Origin: Patescibacteria group bacterium | GTDB taxonomy: Bacteria > Patescibacteriota > Minisyncoccia > Minisyncoccales > JAHCRE01 | DNA: 64,000 nucleotides | Direction of reading: 5' to 3' | NCBI GenBank assembly: GCA_020148145.1 | Contig: JAHCRE010000011.1 | Location: forward strand, 3,360 to 67,359 | The notes under the pieces: generated by a model | Told to the model about the DNA's origin: nothing | The model's input: only the letters and a program-made list of their open reading frames with translations | Database searches by the model: none | Shown here: positions 41,832 to 51,109 of the stretch, piece after piece | How positions within the stretch are numbered: position 1 is the first letter of the stretch | Layout of the letters: each line of letters starts with the position of its first letter | Program-made: the position numbers and the translations under genes

Positions 41832-42110
41832 TTAAGGTACTGTCCTTAGCATCGCTAAACTGATAATTATATCAACAAGGTATTTCTCAACAATTCTTAC
41901 AGGTACTAGTCCTTGGTCTCTTTTAGGGATATCTGGTACGAGAGGTATCAGAGTTGTGCCAGATACAGCATTACGGACAGTAGCATGGCCACACCATCGT
42001 ATCGTCCACCGATCTTCGCCTTCGTGTACAAGAGTGACTGCGAACTTTTTATGAACCGTATCCACTGCTAACATATTCTCTTGAATTTCCATTTTCTCTT
42101 GAATCTCCAT
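41832..42110 (-). CDS. small protein, diverged member of the CCSPxG family (paralog 3)
   Basis: same length class, W-T-I-R-W-C and IPLVPDIP segments collinear with paralogs 1 and 2; same promoter and terminator types. Confidence 0.5.
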   Translation of the reverse strand: MEIQEKMEIQENMLAVDTVHKKFAVTLVHEGEDRWTIRWCGHATVRNAVSGTTLIPLVPDIPKRDQGLVPVRIVEKYLVDIIISLAMLRTVP

Positions 42111-42134
42111 TTAGTCCTCACCTTTCATATTTAG

Positions 42135-42162
42135 ATTATAGCAAATAATTTTCATTTGTCAA
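42135..42162 (-). promoter_or_regulatory. consensus promoter TTGACA-N16-TATAAT
   Basis: minus strand GCTATTGACAAATGAAAATTATTTGCTATAAT. Confidence 0.6.
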
Positions 42163-42183
42163 TAGCACGCCAAGTGAAATATA

Positions 42184-42244
42184 AAAAACCGTTAGTTCCC
42201 TACTCTAACGGTTTTTCACTACCTAATAAATGTCGCACAATATT
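42184..42244 (-). terminator. conserved 3' module (ATATTGTGCGACATTTA + AACCGTTAG..CTAACGGTTTTTT) downstream of the SOR gene
   Basis: minus strand reads ATATTGTGCGACATTTATTAGGTAGTGAAAAACCGTTAGAGTAGGGAACTAACGGTTTTTT. Confidence 0.65.
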
Positions 42245-42271
42245 ATCTAGAATCTGCCTCCTCCAACAATC

Positions 42272-42673
42272 TCAACTAATCTTCCATAACCCGTGAATAT
42301 TGCAATAAGCCCTTGCGCCGACAATTTCCTTTCTGGTATAAAATTCTACTTCTGGCTTATCACCTGGCTTTAAAAACTTCCTGCCTCTTTTGCCATCTGC
42401 AGGAATAATTTCTATCCATTCAATATAATGATTTTCTTCCATTGGATGTTCTACCTCCCCTACTTTTATCTTCACCCCGTCTTTTCCTTGACATATGTTT
42501 GCCGGTAATTCTTCAATTACTGGCACATGTTTTTCAAGACCCTCATCTTTGTTTTTTTCTTCTAACAATTCCATTGGCTGACCACAACAAACAAGCTGCC
42601 CAGCACCCGTATGTAAAACCTCAACAATGTTTCCGCAGATATTACATTTGTAGATTTGATTTTGTTCTGTCAT
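42272..42673 (-). CDS. dfx: desulfoferrodoxin (2Fe superoxide reductase)
   Basis: N-terminal CNICGN..CCG desulforedoxin motif; [26 protein letters not shown]. Confidence 0.85.
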   Translation of the reverse strand: MTEQNQIYKCNICGNIVEVLHTGAGQLVCCGQPMELLEEKNKDEGLEKHVPVIEELPANICQGKDGVKIKVGEVEHPMEENHYIEWIEIIPADGKRGRKFLKPGDKPEVEFYTRKEIVGARAYCNIHGLWKIS

Positions 42674-42694
42674 ATTATTGCTTATTTTTTAACT

Positions 42695-43279
42695 TTAGTA
42701 TTCTTCGCATTTGATTTGATAAAAATTTCTCGCGTGGTCGCAAGAGGGACATCTCTCTGGTGGTTCTGTTCCAAAATGAACATAACCGCATTCACGGCAG
42801 ACCCACCAAACTTCTCTTTCTTTTTTGAATACAGTGCCAGCTTCCACTTCTTTTAAAAGTTTCTTATACCTTTCCTCGTGATGTTTTTCTGCTATAGCAA
42901 TCGCCATTAATCTTTTAGCAATTTCAGGAAAACCTTCTTTTTCTGCCACATCAGCAAATTCTGGATACATCTGAGTATACTCGTAGTTCTCGCCAGCAAT
43001 GGCAGATTTTAGATTATCAGCAGTATTGCCAAGTATTGTTGGAGCTACAGCTGTAACCTTAATCTCATCTAAACTTTCATTACTTTTCTTTTTCAGCTCA
43101 TTTATATGTTCAAAAAGTCTTTTAGCGTGTTCTTTTTCATTCTCTGCTGTAATAAGAAAAATTTCTGCAATCTGTTCAAAGCCTTCTTTTTTAGCCACTT
43201 TTGCATAAAAAGTATATCTATTTCTTGCCTGACTTTCGCCAATAAATGCTTTAGTTAGATTTTCGATTGTGTTCTTCAT
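42695..43279 (-). CDS. rbr: rubrerythrin (start moved to MKNTIENL)
   Basis: ExxH diiron helices ([18 protein letters not shown]) plus C-terminal CRECG..CPSC rubredoxin; AAGGTCG box 36 nt upstream of ATG 43279. Confidence 0.85.
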   Translation of the reverse strand: MKNTIENLTKAFIGESQARNRYTFYAKVAKKEGFEQIAEIFLITAENEKEHAKRLFEHINELKKKSNESLDEIKVTAVAPTILGNTADNLKSAIAGENYEYTQMYPEFADVAEKEGFPEIAKRLMAIAIAEKHHEERYKKLLKEVEAGTVFKKEREVWWVCRECGYVHFGTEPPERCPSCDHARNFYQIKCEEY

Positions 43280-43432
43280 AATCTTTTTTATCTTTTTTAA
43301 TTTTAGTTTACGACCTTTCATTTCTATTCTACCAAAAAACCGCCTTCTTGGCGATTTTTTATTACCCAATCAAACGTCGCACAATATTAAAGGCTCTTGA
43401 CTAATAGAAGACCTAAATTCAATGAACCTAAT

Positions 43433-43978
43433 CTAAAATTTTGTTTTAGGTGCTTCCCTTTCTTCTACTTCTTCAATTTCAAAAAATTCAGTCTTTTTAA
43501 AGCCGAACAGCCTGGCTATTAAATTATAAGGAAACTGCTCTTGTCTAATATTGAAATCCCTGACATTGCCATTATAAAATCTTCGGGCTGCTTGAATTTT
43601 ATTTTCCGTATCAGTTAAATCTCCCTGAAGTTTTTTGAAGTTCTCGGAAGCTTTCAATTCTGGATAATTTTCAGCCACCGCAAACAAAGTTTTTATAGCT
43701 CCGGTTAATCCTTTTTCTGCCCCACCTGCTTCAGCAGGAGTTTTAGCAGTCAACGCCCTTGCTCTGGCCTCGGTTACTTGTTCAAAAACTTTTCTTTCAT
43801 GAGCTGCATATCCTTTAACCGTTTCTACTAAATTAGGAATAAGATTGTGTCTTCTTTTTAATTGAACATCAATATCAGCCCAAGCTGCTTTGGTTCTGTT
43901 TTTCAAACTAATCAAGCCATTATAAATGTAGATGGCTAAAACAACGATAGCAATGATAATCCAAATAGCAAAACACAT
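43433..43978 (-). CDS. lemA: LemA family protein
   Basis: N-terminal TM, RRHNLIPNLV, ARRFYNGNVRDFN. Confidence 0.85.
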   Translation of the reverse strand: MCFAIWIIIAIVVLAIYIYNGLISLKNRTKAAWADIDVQLKRRHNLIPNLVETVKGYAAHERKVFEQVTEARARALTAKTPAEAGGAEKGLTGAIKTLFAVAENYPELKASENFKKLQGDLTDTENKIQAARRFYNGNVRDFNIRQEQFPYNLIARLFGFKKTEFFEIEEVEEREAPKTKF

Positions 43979-44061
43979 AATTTTGAGTTAATAATATTAA
44001 GTTTTTACGATCGACCTTGCTTTAATTATATTAAAAATCATAATTTTCTTTATAGGTAAAT

Positions 44062-45888
44062 CTATCCAGCGCCCCCTCCCCCACCTCCACCACCACCGCC
44101 AGCAGCGCCTCCGACACCACCTACTCCTCCTGTACCTGCTCCTCCGCCAAAAGTTCGGGAAATAGAAGATGTAAAAGAAGAAATGCTTGAAGAAAAAGAA
44201 TTAAAAGATGCTGGAGCACCACCTTTACCACCCCCACCATATGCATAGACAACTGGCACATACCAATTTTGTTTTTGATAAGAAAAATCAGAAAATCTTT
44301 CTGCCCATTTCTTTTCTACACCAAGAATCAAAGCAAAAGGAAGATATTTGGAAAAAGTCTCTAATGTCTCGGCCCCAAGCCTAAACCTCTCAGCCGTTTG
44401 AAGATACTCTTTAAAACCCAGTAATTTCCATTTAGCTTCTAATCCTTTTTGAGTTAAGCTCGGCATATAGTGAGCGAAAATTAAGATAATCGTTGCTGAA
44501 ATAATCAAACTTAATCCAAGAATTGAAATCTGAGCAAAATATCTCACAAGCCCTGTGCCTAAAAGAAAAGACAATATAAGCCAGCCGAAAAAAATGACTA
44601 AAGCCAGAAGGAAAATCTTATTAGAAGTTTTTCCATATTTTTTTCTGACATTAAGGATATTGCCCATAAAATAACCTGTTTCTCCAACTTCTTGATGAAG
44701 TGACTTTTCTATTCCGGGAATCTTCTTATAAAATTTATTTTTCAAATCATCGCTAGAAACCACATTTTTATTTTTAAAAATGTCTCTTATTATTTTTTGT
44801 TCAAAAAGTAAAAGGTCGCTTTCGTCTTTTAACTTCTCGAGAGTGTATTCTCGTGTCTTGAAAATAGAGAAACCTTTTTCTTTTTCTCTAATTCTCAAAT
44901 AACCCCTGACAGCTAAATCAATAATTGTTGCTGTAATATCTTTCATGTGAACGGCCTGGTCAATCAATACTCCGAATACGGCAGGAGGTAAGTTTTCTGG
45001 AGGAGAGTATTGGGCTATAATAGTTTTGCCAATTTTAGGATCTTTACCCCTTTTTCTCCAAAGAATATACATTTTAACAAAAAAGGAAATTGGCAAAGCA
45101 AAAGCAATCAATAAGATTATCCAGTTAATTATCTGGTTGCGATAAAGAAAGGGTTTAGCAACTATTCCCTTGGGCCAAGTTACAACTATGGTCAAAAAAT
45201 TATGCGGCATTATATTATATCCCCAAAATCTAACCGTTTGACTACCAATGACTTGATAATTACTACTTTCGGTTTTACTCCCCAATGGCCCAATAAATAA
45301 TTTTTGCCCTATTTGTTCTCTTTCGATCCCCCTGGGTAAATGAACTACAACTTCGGCCTGCCTTACTTCAACTTCTCTGTCTTCAAAAATAGCATTCCAA
45401 TAAAGCTCATCCCATTTCTCATAAAAACCTAGGCCACCATGAACTTTATACTTTATTGTCCAAGACCTTAACTCGTTATCAAACACTTTCCTGGGAAAGT
45501 TCCATTGAACACTCAATCTGTTTCTTTTGTAGGAGATTTTATACTCATTTTTATCTAATTTTTTCCCTTGGCCATCAAAAACCTCAATATCGGAAATGTG
45601 GTCTAAGTCCTTCAGTTCAATATCACGATAAAAATAACCGAAATCGCCCTTCAGGTTGTAGGTCTGTTTTTCCGTAACATCAAAAGTGCTATCTTGATTA
45701 ATTTGGATATCTACCTCAATTGAGTGATAATAATAACTTTTATTTAAAGCAGCCTGGCAAAAATCATAACTTCCTACTTCTAAAAATAAGAGGGTAAAAA
45801 ATATTAAAAAGAATAATCCTAAACTAAACTTCTTTAATTTTCCATTTATTTTAAACATACCTTTCAATAAAAAATGTTTATACATCAA
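44062..45888 (-). CDS. DUF2207-type membrane protein with Gly-rich C-terminus
   Basis: usual LemA partner; extracellular N-domain, several TMs, terminal GGGGGAG tail. Confidence 0.75.
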   Translation of the reverse strand: MMYKHFLLKGMFKINGKLKKFSLGLFFLIFFTLLFLEVGSYDFCQAALNKSYYYHSIEVDIQINQDSTFDVTEKQTYNLKGDFGYFYRDIELKDLDHISDIEVFDGQGKKLDKNEYKISYKRNRLSVQWNFPRKVFDNELRSWTIKYKVHGGLGFYEKWDELYWNAIFEDREVEVRQAEVVVHLPRGIEREQIGQKLFIGPLGSKTESSNYQVIGSQTVRFWGYNIMPHNFLTIVVTWPKGIVAKPFLYRNQIINWIILLIAFALPISFFVKMYILWRKRGKDPKIGKTIIAQYSPPENLPPAVFGVLIDQAVHMKDITATIIDLAVRGYLRIREKEKGFSIFKTREYTLEKLKDESDLLLFEQKIIRDIFKNKNVVSSDDLKNKFYKKIPGIEKSLHQEVGETGYFMGNILNVRKKYGKTSNKIFLLALVIFFGWLILSFLLGTGLVRYFAQISILGLSLIISATIILIFAHYMPSLTQKGLEAKWKLLGFKEYLQTAERFRLGAETLETFSKYLPFALILGVEKKWAERFSDFSYQKQNWYVPVVYAYGGGGKGGAPASFNSFSSSISSFTSSISRTFGGGAGTGGVGGVGGAAGGGGGGGGGGAG

Positions 45889-45964
45889 ATTATATCACGA
45901 AAAAAGCCCGAGAACAACCCCCGGGAAAACACATCCTCTACTCTATTAAGTTTGTTAAATTTTT

Positions 45965-46180
45965 AGAAATAAAAAAAGGAGGCACATAGCGATGTGCCTT
46001 TAAGGATGACTAAGTATATTAAGGTGCTATATCCCCATTCAGAAAAAAAGGGGAAGAGAGCTTTCTTTGGGATGGTGTTCTCACCCACCAAGAGGCCCCA
46101 TGCGAAGAGTAGGCTCTCGGTAAACGCACGTGCAAACAGGGTTTCATACATGCAGAAAGGCCCAAAGAAAACCCTCTAAT
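45965..46180 (-). ncRNA. candidate structured RNA or decayed cassette ending in a strong terminator
   Basis: long-range TTCTTTGGG/CCCAAAGAA pairing, C-box CTCTCTTCCCC, terminator GGCACATCGCTATGTGCC + T-run (45971-45998); weak promoter TTGACA 46213-46208. Confidence 0.25.
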
Positions 46181-46300
46181 TTCTATCATTGCTTAAAATA
46201 ATACTTCTGTCAAGTCAATAAAATCCACATGAGGAGAATTAAAAATAAAAAAATGCCCGGTAATGGACTTTTTAAAATCTCTTTTTAAATTAGAAGTAGT

Positions 46301-46345
46301 GAGGGGAGAAGTGAACTATGCGTATCGCTCCTGCTTCTCCCCCCT
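46301..46345 (-). repeat. 'empty cassette': G-box and C-box back to back
   Basis: minus strand GGGGGGAGAAG-N23-CTTCTCCCCTC directly after junction J5. Confidence 0.5.
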
Positions 46346-46380
46346 TTGGGTCAAAGATTTGCCCTCATTATTATTGGGCT

Positions 46381-46472
46381 CACCTCCTTTTTCCAACCGA
46401 CAATGTGCTTCCTCGGCATATTCGCTAAAGAGGCGAAATTGCAAGCTAGAAAAAAGAGGGGAAGGAGAAATT
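46381..46472 (-). repeat. cassette junction J5
   Basis: minus strand AATTTCTCCTTCCCCTCTTTTTTCTAGC..GGTTGGAAAAAGGAGGTGAGC. Confidence 0.65.
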
Positions 46473-46476
46473 GTTA

Positions 46477-46977
46477 TTAATCAAAGTTTTGTAAAGTTCT
46501 TGGAATCATTTTTATTGGAATCGCTTTTATTGGAATCACTTTTACTTGGATTACTTCCAATGTTTTCTTTGCTGATGCTAATTCCTTTTCGATTAATGCC
46601 AACTCCTTTTCAGATTCATCAATCATCCCTCGCATTAATATTTCTGTGGCAATATACTGCCCAATGGTTATTTTCTTTATACCCTTTTTTTTCCACAATC
46701 TTACGATGGCTTTTGATAATCTTAATTTGGGTTTGTCAATATCTATTACTTCTCTTAGTGCCTGCCTTATTTCGCTTCCACTCAACTTTAGATGTTTCAT
46801 AATATCTCCAAAAGTATTGTGTTCAGCACATATTTGCCTCGCACAATTATCGATCTCTTCTTTTTTTACCCCGATAGCCTCATGGGATGTCTCTTTCTCG
46901 TGTCTTATTTTGTCCAAGATTATAATTATATTTTTTTTCTTTTCCAATTTTTTTCGCCTCTGCAGACAAGAGACCAA
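46477..46977 (-). CDS. hypothetical protein, array-2 cassette (start uncertain); C-terminal xIPIK repeats from a 15-bp tandem repeat (46500-46559)
   Basis: ORF after leader E; TTGGAATC(N)CTTTTA x ~4. Confidence 0.5.
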   Translation of the reverse strand: MVSCLQRRKKLEKKKNIIIILDKIRHEKETSHEAIGVKKEEIDNCARQICAEHNTFGDIMKHLKLSGSEIRQALREVIDIDKPKLRLSKAIVRLWKKKGIKKITIGQYIATEILMRGMIDESEKELALIEKELASAKKTLEVIQVKVIPIKAIPIKMIPRTLQNFD

Positions 46978-47045
46978 TGGTTCGATAAACTCACCACAAG
47001 TTTTTGATTTCCTCTCTGCAGAGGTGAATTTCTTCTCCTTCCCTT
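46950..47045 (-). promoter_or_regulatory. structured leader E (subtype 1)
   Basis: minus strand GGGAAGGAGAAG box, then CCTCTGCAG..CTGCAGAGG stem. Confidence 0.5.
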
Positions 47046-47113
47046 TTAATTTTGTTAAAGAGCTATTTAATAAAATTTAAGATTTTTTTCTGATAAATCT
47101 TGCCTGTCATACA

Positions 47114-47133
47114 TTTTCTACGATCGTAGAAAA
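47114..47133. promoter_or_regulatory. perfect 20-bp palindrome TTTTCTACGATCGTAGAAAA
   Basis: between junction J4 and leader E. Confidence 0.6.
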
Positions 47134-47150
47134 CACGGTCCATTTTATAG

Positions 47151-47212
47151 CTACTCCTTTTTCCAGACCGCAATTTTCATTACGAGCTCGAAAAAAGAGA
47201 GGGAGGAAGAGG
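47151..47212 (-). repeat. cassette junction J4
   Basis: minus strand CCTCTTCCTCCCTCTCTTTTTTCGAGCTCGTAATGAAAATTGCGGTCTGGAAAAAGGAGTAGC. Confidence 0.7.
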
Positions 47213-47286
47213 TTTATATCTCTTACGACGAGACAGACCAAGGTACTTCTTCATGAAAAACAAAGAGATGGATTATGACGGCAAGA

Positions 47287-47490
47287 TTAGACATTAGAAA
47301 GTGTTGCTTTAAGGATTAACATTTTTTTAACTTCCTCTGGTATGGGCTTCTGTACTAGGGCATCGCAGAAGGGACATTTGTATCGGTAGACTTTGATAGT
47401 GATTATACCAGCTTCGTTACTAAAAGAAACATGTTGCTTGAACTCCATTTCGCAGTTTTTGCACTTCCTATCAAGTTCTATGGAGGGCAT
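47287..47490 (-). CDS. small zinc-ribbon protein (67 aa), array-2 cassette
   Basis: CKNC ... CPFC pairs; follows leader D. Confidence 0.6.
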   Translation of the reverse strand: MPSIELDRKCKNCEMEFKQHVSFSNEAGIITIKVYRYKCPFCDALVQKPIPEEVKKMLILKATLSNV

Positions 47491-47600
47491 TTTTTATTCC
47501 TCTTTGGACGAGCGAGCTATCTACCACAATTGATAGACAATTCGCTCGCCTAAAATCCTTCCTTCCCCATAAATTTTATCAAAGAACTATCTCATTTTAC
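47491..47600 (-). promoter_or_regulatory. structured leader D (subtype 2)
   Basis: minus strand ATAGTTCTTTGATAAAATTTATGGGGAAGGAAGGA, stem GGCGAGCGA/TCGCTCGTC, loop ATTGTCTATCAA..GGTAGATAGCTC. Confidence 0.65.
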
Positions 47601-47606
47601 ATCTTA

Positions 47607-47636
47607 ATTATACCATATACGTTTTAAATTTGTCAA
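47607..47636 (-). promoter_or_regulatory. consensus promoter driving array 2
   Basis: minus strand CTTGACAAATTTAAAACGTATATGGTATAAT. Confidence 0.65.
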
Positions 47637-47707
47637 GCCCTGGACAACAAAAACCCGAGGAAACTCTCGGGCTGATATTTACTGGGTTTTCATTCTATTT
47701 TTTTTCC

Positions 47708-47863
47708 TTAAATTGAAGTAATAAAAGAAAATATAAGAAATGCAATTATAACTAAAATACAAAATTTCAAACCTTCGTTTTCAGTACGGGTCAAATATTC
47801 AATCAGACTAACTAAGAAAACAATTATGAATGCTGTAATGAGAGTTATATATAAAATATTCAT
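47708..47863 (-). CDS. possible 51-aa 2-TM membrane peptide (below the track cutoff)
   Basis: MNILYITLITAFIIVFLVSLIEY..ILVIIAFLIFSFITSI; bidirectional terminator at 47654-47671. Confidence 0.35.
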   Translation of the reverse strand: MNILYITLITAFIIVFLVSLIEYLTRTENEGLKFCILVIIAFLIFSFITSI

Positions 47864-47890
47864 TAAGATGCTTTTTTAATAATTATTTTT

Positions 47891-48046
47891 CTATTTTTTC
47901 CTTTTCAACTCTTCGATATCGTATTTTAAATCTCTAATCTCGTTCCTAAGGCCCTCGATAGTCTCTTTAAGGTTATAAAGTATATCTCGAATTCTTTCTA
48001 CCTCTCTTTTTATAGCATAAACTTCATTTCGAATTTCTTCTTTCAT
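47891..48046 (-). CDS. possible 51-aa coiled-coil peptide (below the track cutoff)
   Basis: MKEEIRNEVYAIKREVERIRDILYNLKETIEGLRNEIRDLKYDIEELKRKK. Confidence 0.35.
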   Translation of the reverse strand: MKEEIRNEVYAIKREVERIRDILYNLKETIEGLRNEIRDLKYDIEELKRKK

Positions 48047-48066
48047 ATTACTTTATAATATAATTT

Positions 48067-48789
48067 TTAACCTATAGCGTCTCCGCCAAATCTTCTTTTG
48101 CGTCGGGAAAATTCTTTCAGGACTTCATCTAAATCTTTTTTAGTAAAATCGGGCCAAAGTTTTTTTGAAAAATAGAGTTCTGAATAGGCTGCCTGCCAAA
48201 GTAAAAAATTAGATAATCTTTTTTCTCCTCCTGCTCGAATAACTAAATCGGGGGTTGGCAGACCGGTAGTTAAAAGAAAATTTTCAAATAAATTCTCAGT
48301 AATCTTTTTAGCTGGAACTTTTTCTTTAATGATTTTTTGAATTGCCTGTAAAATATCCCATCTTCCACCATAACTTACAGCTAGATTCAACCGGAGTTTT
48401 TTATTATTTCTGGTTAAGTTTTCAACTTGCTTTATTATTTTTTGCAAGGATTTTGGTAACCTTTCTTTCTGGCCAATTATCTTTATTTTTACTCCCTCTT
48501 TATGAAGTTTTCCTATATCTCCTTTATTTGATAAACCCTGCTCAAACAATCCCATCAAATAATTAACCTCTTTCTTTGACCTTTTCCAATTTTCGGTTGA
48601 AAAACCAAAGGCAGTTAAAATTTTCACTCCCCGGTCTCCACACCACCTGGCAAATTTCTTTAAATTTTTATAGCCCTGCTGATGTCCGGCCAAATTTGGC
48701 AATCCCTTTTTCCGAGCCCAGCGCCGATTACCATCGGGAAACAAAACTATGTGATAGGGAATTTTTTTAGATTTTTCCTTTTTTTTCAT
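48067..48789 (-). CDS. uppS: undecaprenyl-diphosphate synthase (start moved to MKKKEKSKK)
   Basis: HIVLFPDGNRRWA, RAGGEKRLSNFLLWQ; the track N-terminus runs into the repeat element. Confidence 0.85.
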   Translation of the reverse strand: MKKKEKSKKIPYHIVLFPDGNRRWARKKGLPNLAGHQQGYKNLKKFARWCGDRGVKILTAFGFSTENWKRSKKEVNYLMGLFEQGLSNKGDIGKLHKEGVKIKIIGQKERLPKSLQKIIKQVENLTRNNKKLRLNLAVSYGGRWDILQAIQKIIKEKVPAKKITENLFENFLLTTGLPTPDLVIRAGGEKRLSNFLLWQAAYSELYFSKKLWPDFTKKDLDEVLKEFSRRKRRFGGDAIG

Positions 48790-48802
48790 ATCCTGGAGAG
48801 CT

Positions 48803-48919
48803 CGAGAACCTTTTATAAAGGGTCTCGAATATATACGCGAGGCCACGGGTTATAAGGTCCCGGGACTCGCGTATCCTTTCATTTTTGGCGGTTGGACACC
48901 TTTTTGAAAAAGGGGTCCA
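48803..48919 (-). repeat. composite H1-H2-H3 hairpin element, copy e1
   Basis: H1 TGGACCCCTTTTTCAAAAAGGTGTCCA, H2 GCGAG-TCCCGGG..CCCGTGG-CCTCGC, H3 CGAGACCCTTTATAAAAGGTTCTCG (minus strand). Confidence 0.7.
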
Positions 48920-49080
48920 TTGAGCAAACTTGTCTCTTTTATAATAATTGGCTCTTTCTCTTTTTGCCTGGCTACAATGAAACCGATAGCAAAAGAAAGT
49001 AAAGAAATTAAAATTACTCCGATTAACAATATTATATCATCCTGGTGGTCTTTGACAAATTGTTTTATTCTTGCTAACAT
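48850..49080 (-). CDS. small membrane protein; C-terminus reads into repeat e1
   Basis: one TM (IILLIGVILISLLSFAIGFIV); last ~20 codons lie in H1/H2. Confidence 0.45.
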   Translation of the reverse strand: MLARIKQFVKDHQDDIILLIGVILISLLSFAIGFIVARQKEKEPIIIKETSLLNGPLFQKGVQPPKMKGYASPGTL

Positions 49081-49162
49081 GATTTAGGTTAGTAGCTTAT
49101 TAGAAAAAGAATAATGTAAATCTCTAAAAAGCTAAGAAGCTACAATCTAACAAGCTAAAGAT

Positions 49163-49435
49163 ATGGCGAAGACTAAAGCAAAAGGATCAACAAGATTAGG
49201 AAGGGATTCTCGACCAAAATATTTAGGTGTTAAGCTTTTTGAAGGTCAAAAGGTTAAATCAGGAATGATAATTATCCGTCAGCGAGGTACTAAATTCCTT
49301 CCTGGAAAAAATGTCAAAAAAGGAAGAGATGATACCCTTTATGCTCTAAGAGAAGGGGTTGTTCGCTTTGGAACAAAAAGAAAAAGAAACTTTGACCACT
49401 CCCAACGCCTAGTAAAAATTGTAAATGTAGAATAA
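49163..49435 (+). CDS. rpmA: 50S ribosomal protein L27
   Basis: [33 protein letters not shown]. Confidence 0.9.
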   Translation: MAKTKAKGSTRLGRDSRPKYLGVKLFEGQKVKSGMIIIRQRGTKFLPGKNVKKGRDDTLYALREGVVRFGTKRKRNFDHSQRLVKIVNVE

Positions 49436-49471
49436 AAACTTAAAATTTTAATTTTTAAAAGCCGTAGAATT

Positions 49472-51100
49472 TTACGGTTTTTTCTTTTTTAAACAAGCTC
49501 TGACAAATTCTTTAAACAATGGGTGGGGTTTCAATGGTCTTGATTTGAATTCAGGATGAAATTGGGTTCCAACGAAAAAGGGGTGATTTTTCAATTCAAT
49601 AATCTCAACTAAATCTCTTTCCGGGTTAACACCTGCCATTATCATTCCTCCTCTTTCTAAAGCCCCTCTAAATTCGTTATTTAGTTCGTAGCGGTGACGA
49701 TGACGTTCTGAAATATAATTTTTTTTGCCATAAGCTTTCCAGCTCAAAGTATTCCTTTTTAACTTACATTTATATTCTCCTAATCTCATTGTCCCGCCAT
49801 ATTTTTTTTCTCTTAAAAGAGCTTTTTGTTCAGGCATAAAATCAATTACCCCCTGACAATTTTTACAAAATTCAGTAGAGTGAGCCCTCTTCCATCCTAA
49901 AACATTTCTGGCAAACTCAACCACTGCCAGTTGCATTCCCAGGCATAACCCTAAAAAGGGAATTTTTTGTTTTCGACAAAATTCAGTTGCCTTTATTTTC
50001 CCCTCCACTCCCCTACTCCCAAAACCTCCGGGAACAATTATACCGTCAAATTTTCTCAGTTCATTAACTGATTTCGGATTTTTTTCATAATTCTCAGCTG
50101 AAAGCCAGACTATCTCTGGTTTTCTTTTAAAAAACCAGGTGGCATGCTTTATTGCTTCAATTATCGAGATATAAGAATCCATTAAGGTAAAGCGACCAGT
50201 CTCAAAATATTTTCCAACCATACCAATTTTAACCAGCGATTTAGCGCCTTTTATTACTTTGACCAGCGCCCTCCAGTTTCTTAAACTACTCTTTCTTGAT
50301 CTTTGACCAAATTTTTTTAAAATTTGATTACCTAAATTTTCCTTTTCAAAATTAAGAGGTATTTCATAAATTACTCTAATATCGGGAGCAGAAATAACAT
50401 CCTCTTTAACTACATTACAAAAAATTGAAATCTTTCTTTTCCGCGGTTCATCCAAAGGAACCATAGACCTGGCCAAGATAATATCTGGTTGGATACCAGC
50501 TGTATTTAAGGTTCTCACTGCATGTTGGGTGGGCTTTGTTTTCATCTCCCCAATGATTTTTGGAATCGGTAAGTAACTAACCAAAATAAAAAGAACATCT
50601 TTAGGATGTCTCAACTTCATCATTCTGGCTGCCTCTAAAAAGAGCATATTTTGATACTCCCCTACTGTTCCTCCGATTTCAATTAAGACAAAATCGGCTT
50701 TTGTGTTTCTAGCTACCCGCAAGATCCTGGAGATCACCTCATTTGGAATATCAGGAACAACCTCAACGCAACGGCCACCGTATTCTAAATTTCTTTCCCG
50801 ATTTATCACTGCTTGATAAACTCGACCGGTGGTAATGTAATTATCAGTAGTTAAATCCTCATCTAAAAATCTTTCATAATTCCCCATATCTTGATCACAT
50901 TCTATTCCGTCCTTGGTGACAAAAACTTCCCCATGTTCAATAGGATTCATTGTTCCAGCATCAACATTGATATAGGGATCAATTTTAATGGCAGAAATCT
51001 TAAAATTCTTGCTCTGTAAAATTTTCCCAATTGAGGCAGTAGCCACTCCTTTACCAATACCAGACATGACCCCTCCGGCAACAAAAATATATTTTGGCAT
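49472..51100 (-). CDS. pyrG: CTP synthase
   Basis: YIFVAGGVMSGIGKG, GICLGMQLAVVEFARNV, FHPEF. Confidence 0.9.
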   Translation of the reverse strand: MPKYIFVAGGVMSGIGKGVATASIGKILQSKNFKISAIKIDPYINVDAGTMNPIEHGEVFVTKDGIECDQDMGNYERFLDEDLTTDNYITTGRVYQAVINRERNLEYGGRCVEVVPDIPNEVISRILRVARNTKADFVLIEIGGTVGEYQNMLFLEAARMMKLRHPKDVLFILVSYLPIPKIIGEMKTKPTQHAVRTLNTAGIQPDIILARSMVPLDEPRKRKISIFCNVVKEDVISAPDIRVIYEIPLNFEKENLGNQILKKFGQRSRKSSLRNWRALVKVIKGAKSLVKIGMVGKYFETGRFTLMDSYISIIEAIKHATWFFKRKPEIVWLSAENYEKNPKSVNELRKFDGIIVPGGFGSRGVEGKIKATEFCRKQKIPFLGLCLGMQLAVVEFARNVLGWKRAHSTEFCKNCQGVIDFMPEQKALLREKKYGGTMRLGEYKCKLKRNTLSWKAYGKKNYISERHRHRYELNNEFRGALERGGMIMAGVNPERDLVEIIELKNHPFFVGTQFHPEFKSRPLKPHPLFKEFVRACLKKKKP

Positions 51101-51109
51101 TTTGGAAAG

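Noticed and set aside
45960-46480. Known housekeeping ncRNA (RNase P RNA, tmRNA, SRP RNA, 6S) in the ORF-poor stretch
   Set aside because: I could not find the diagnostic motifs on either strand: GAGGAAAGTCC for RNase P, a tRNA-like GGTTCGA..CCA end plus tag ORF for tmRNA, or the GGAAGCAGCC helix-8 region for SRP. The segment is better explained by cassette junction, empty-cassette and terminator elements.
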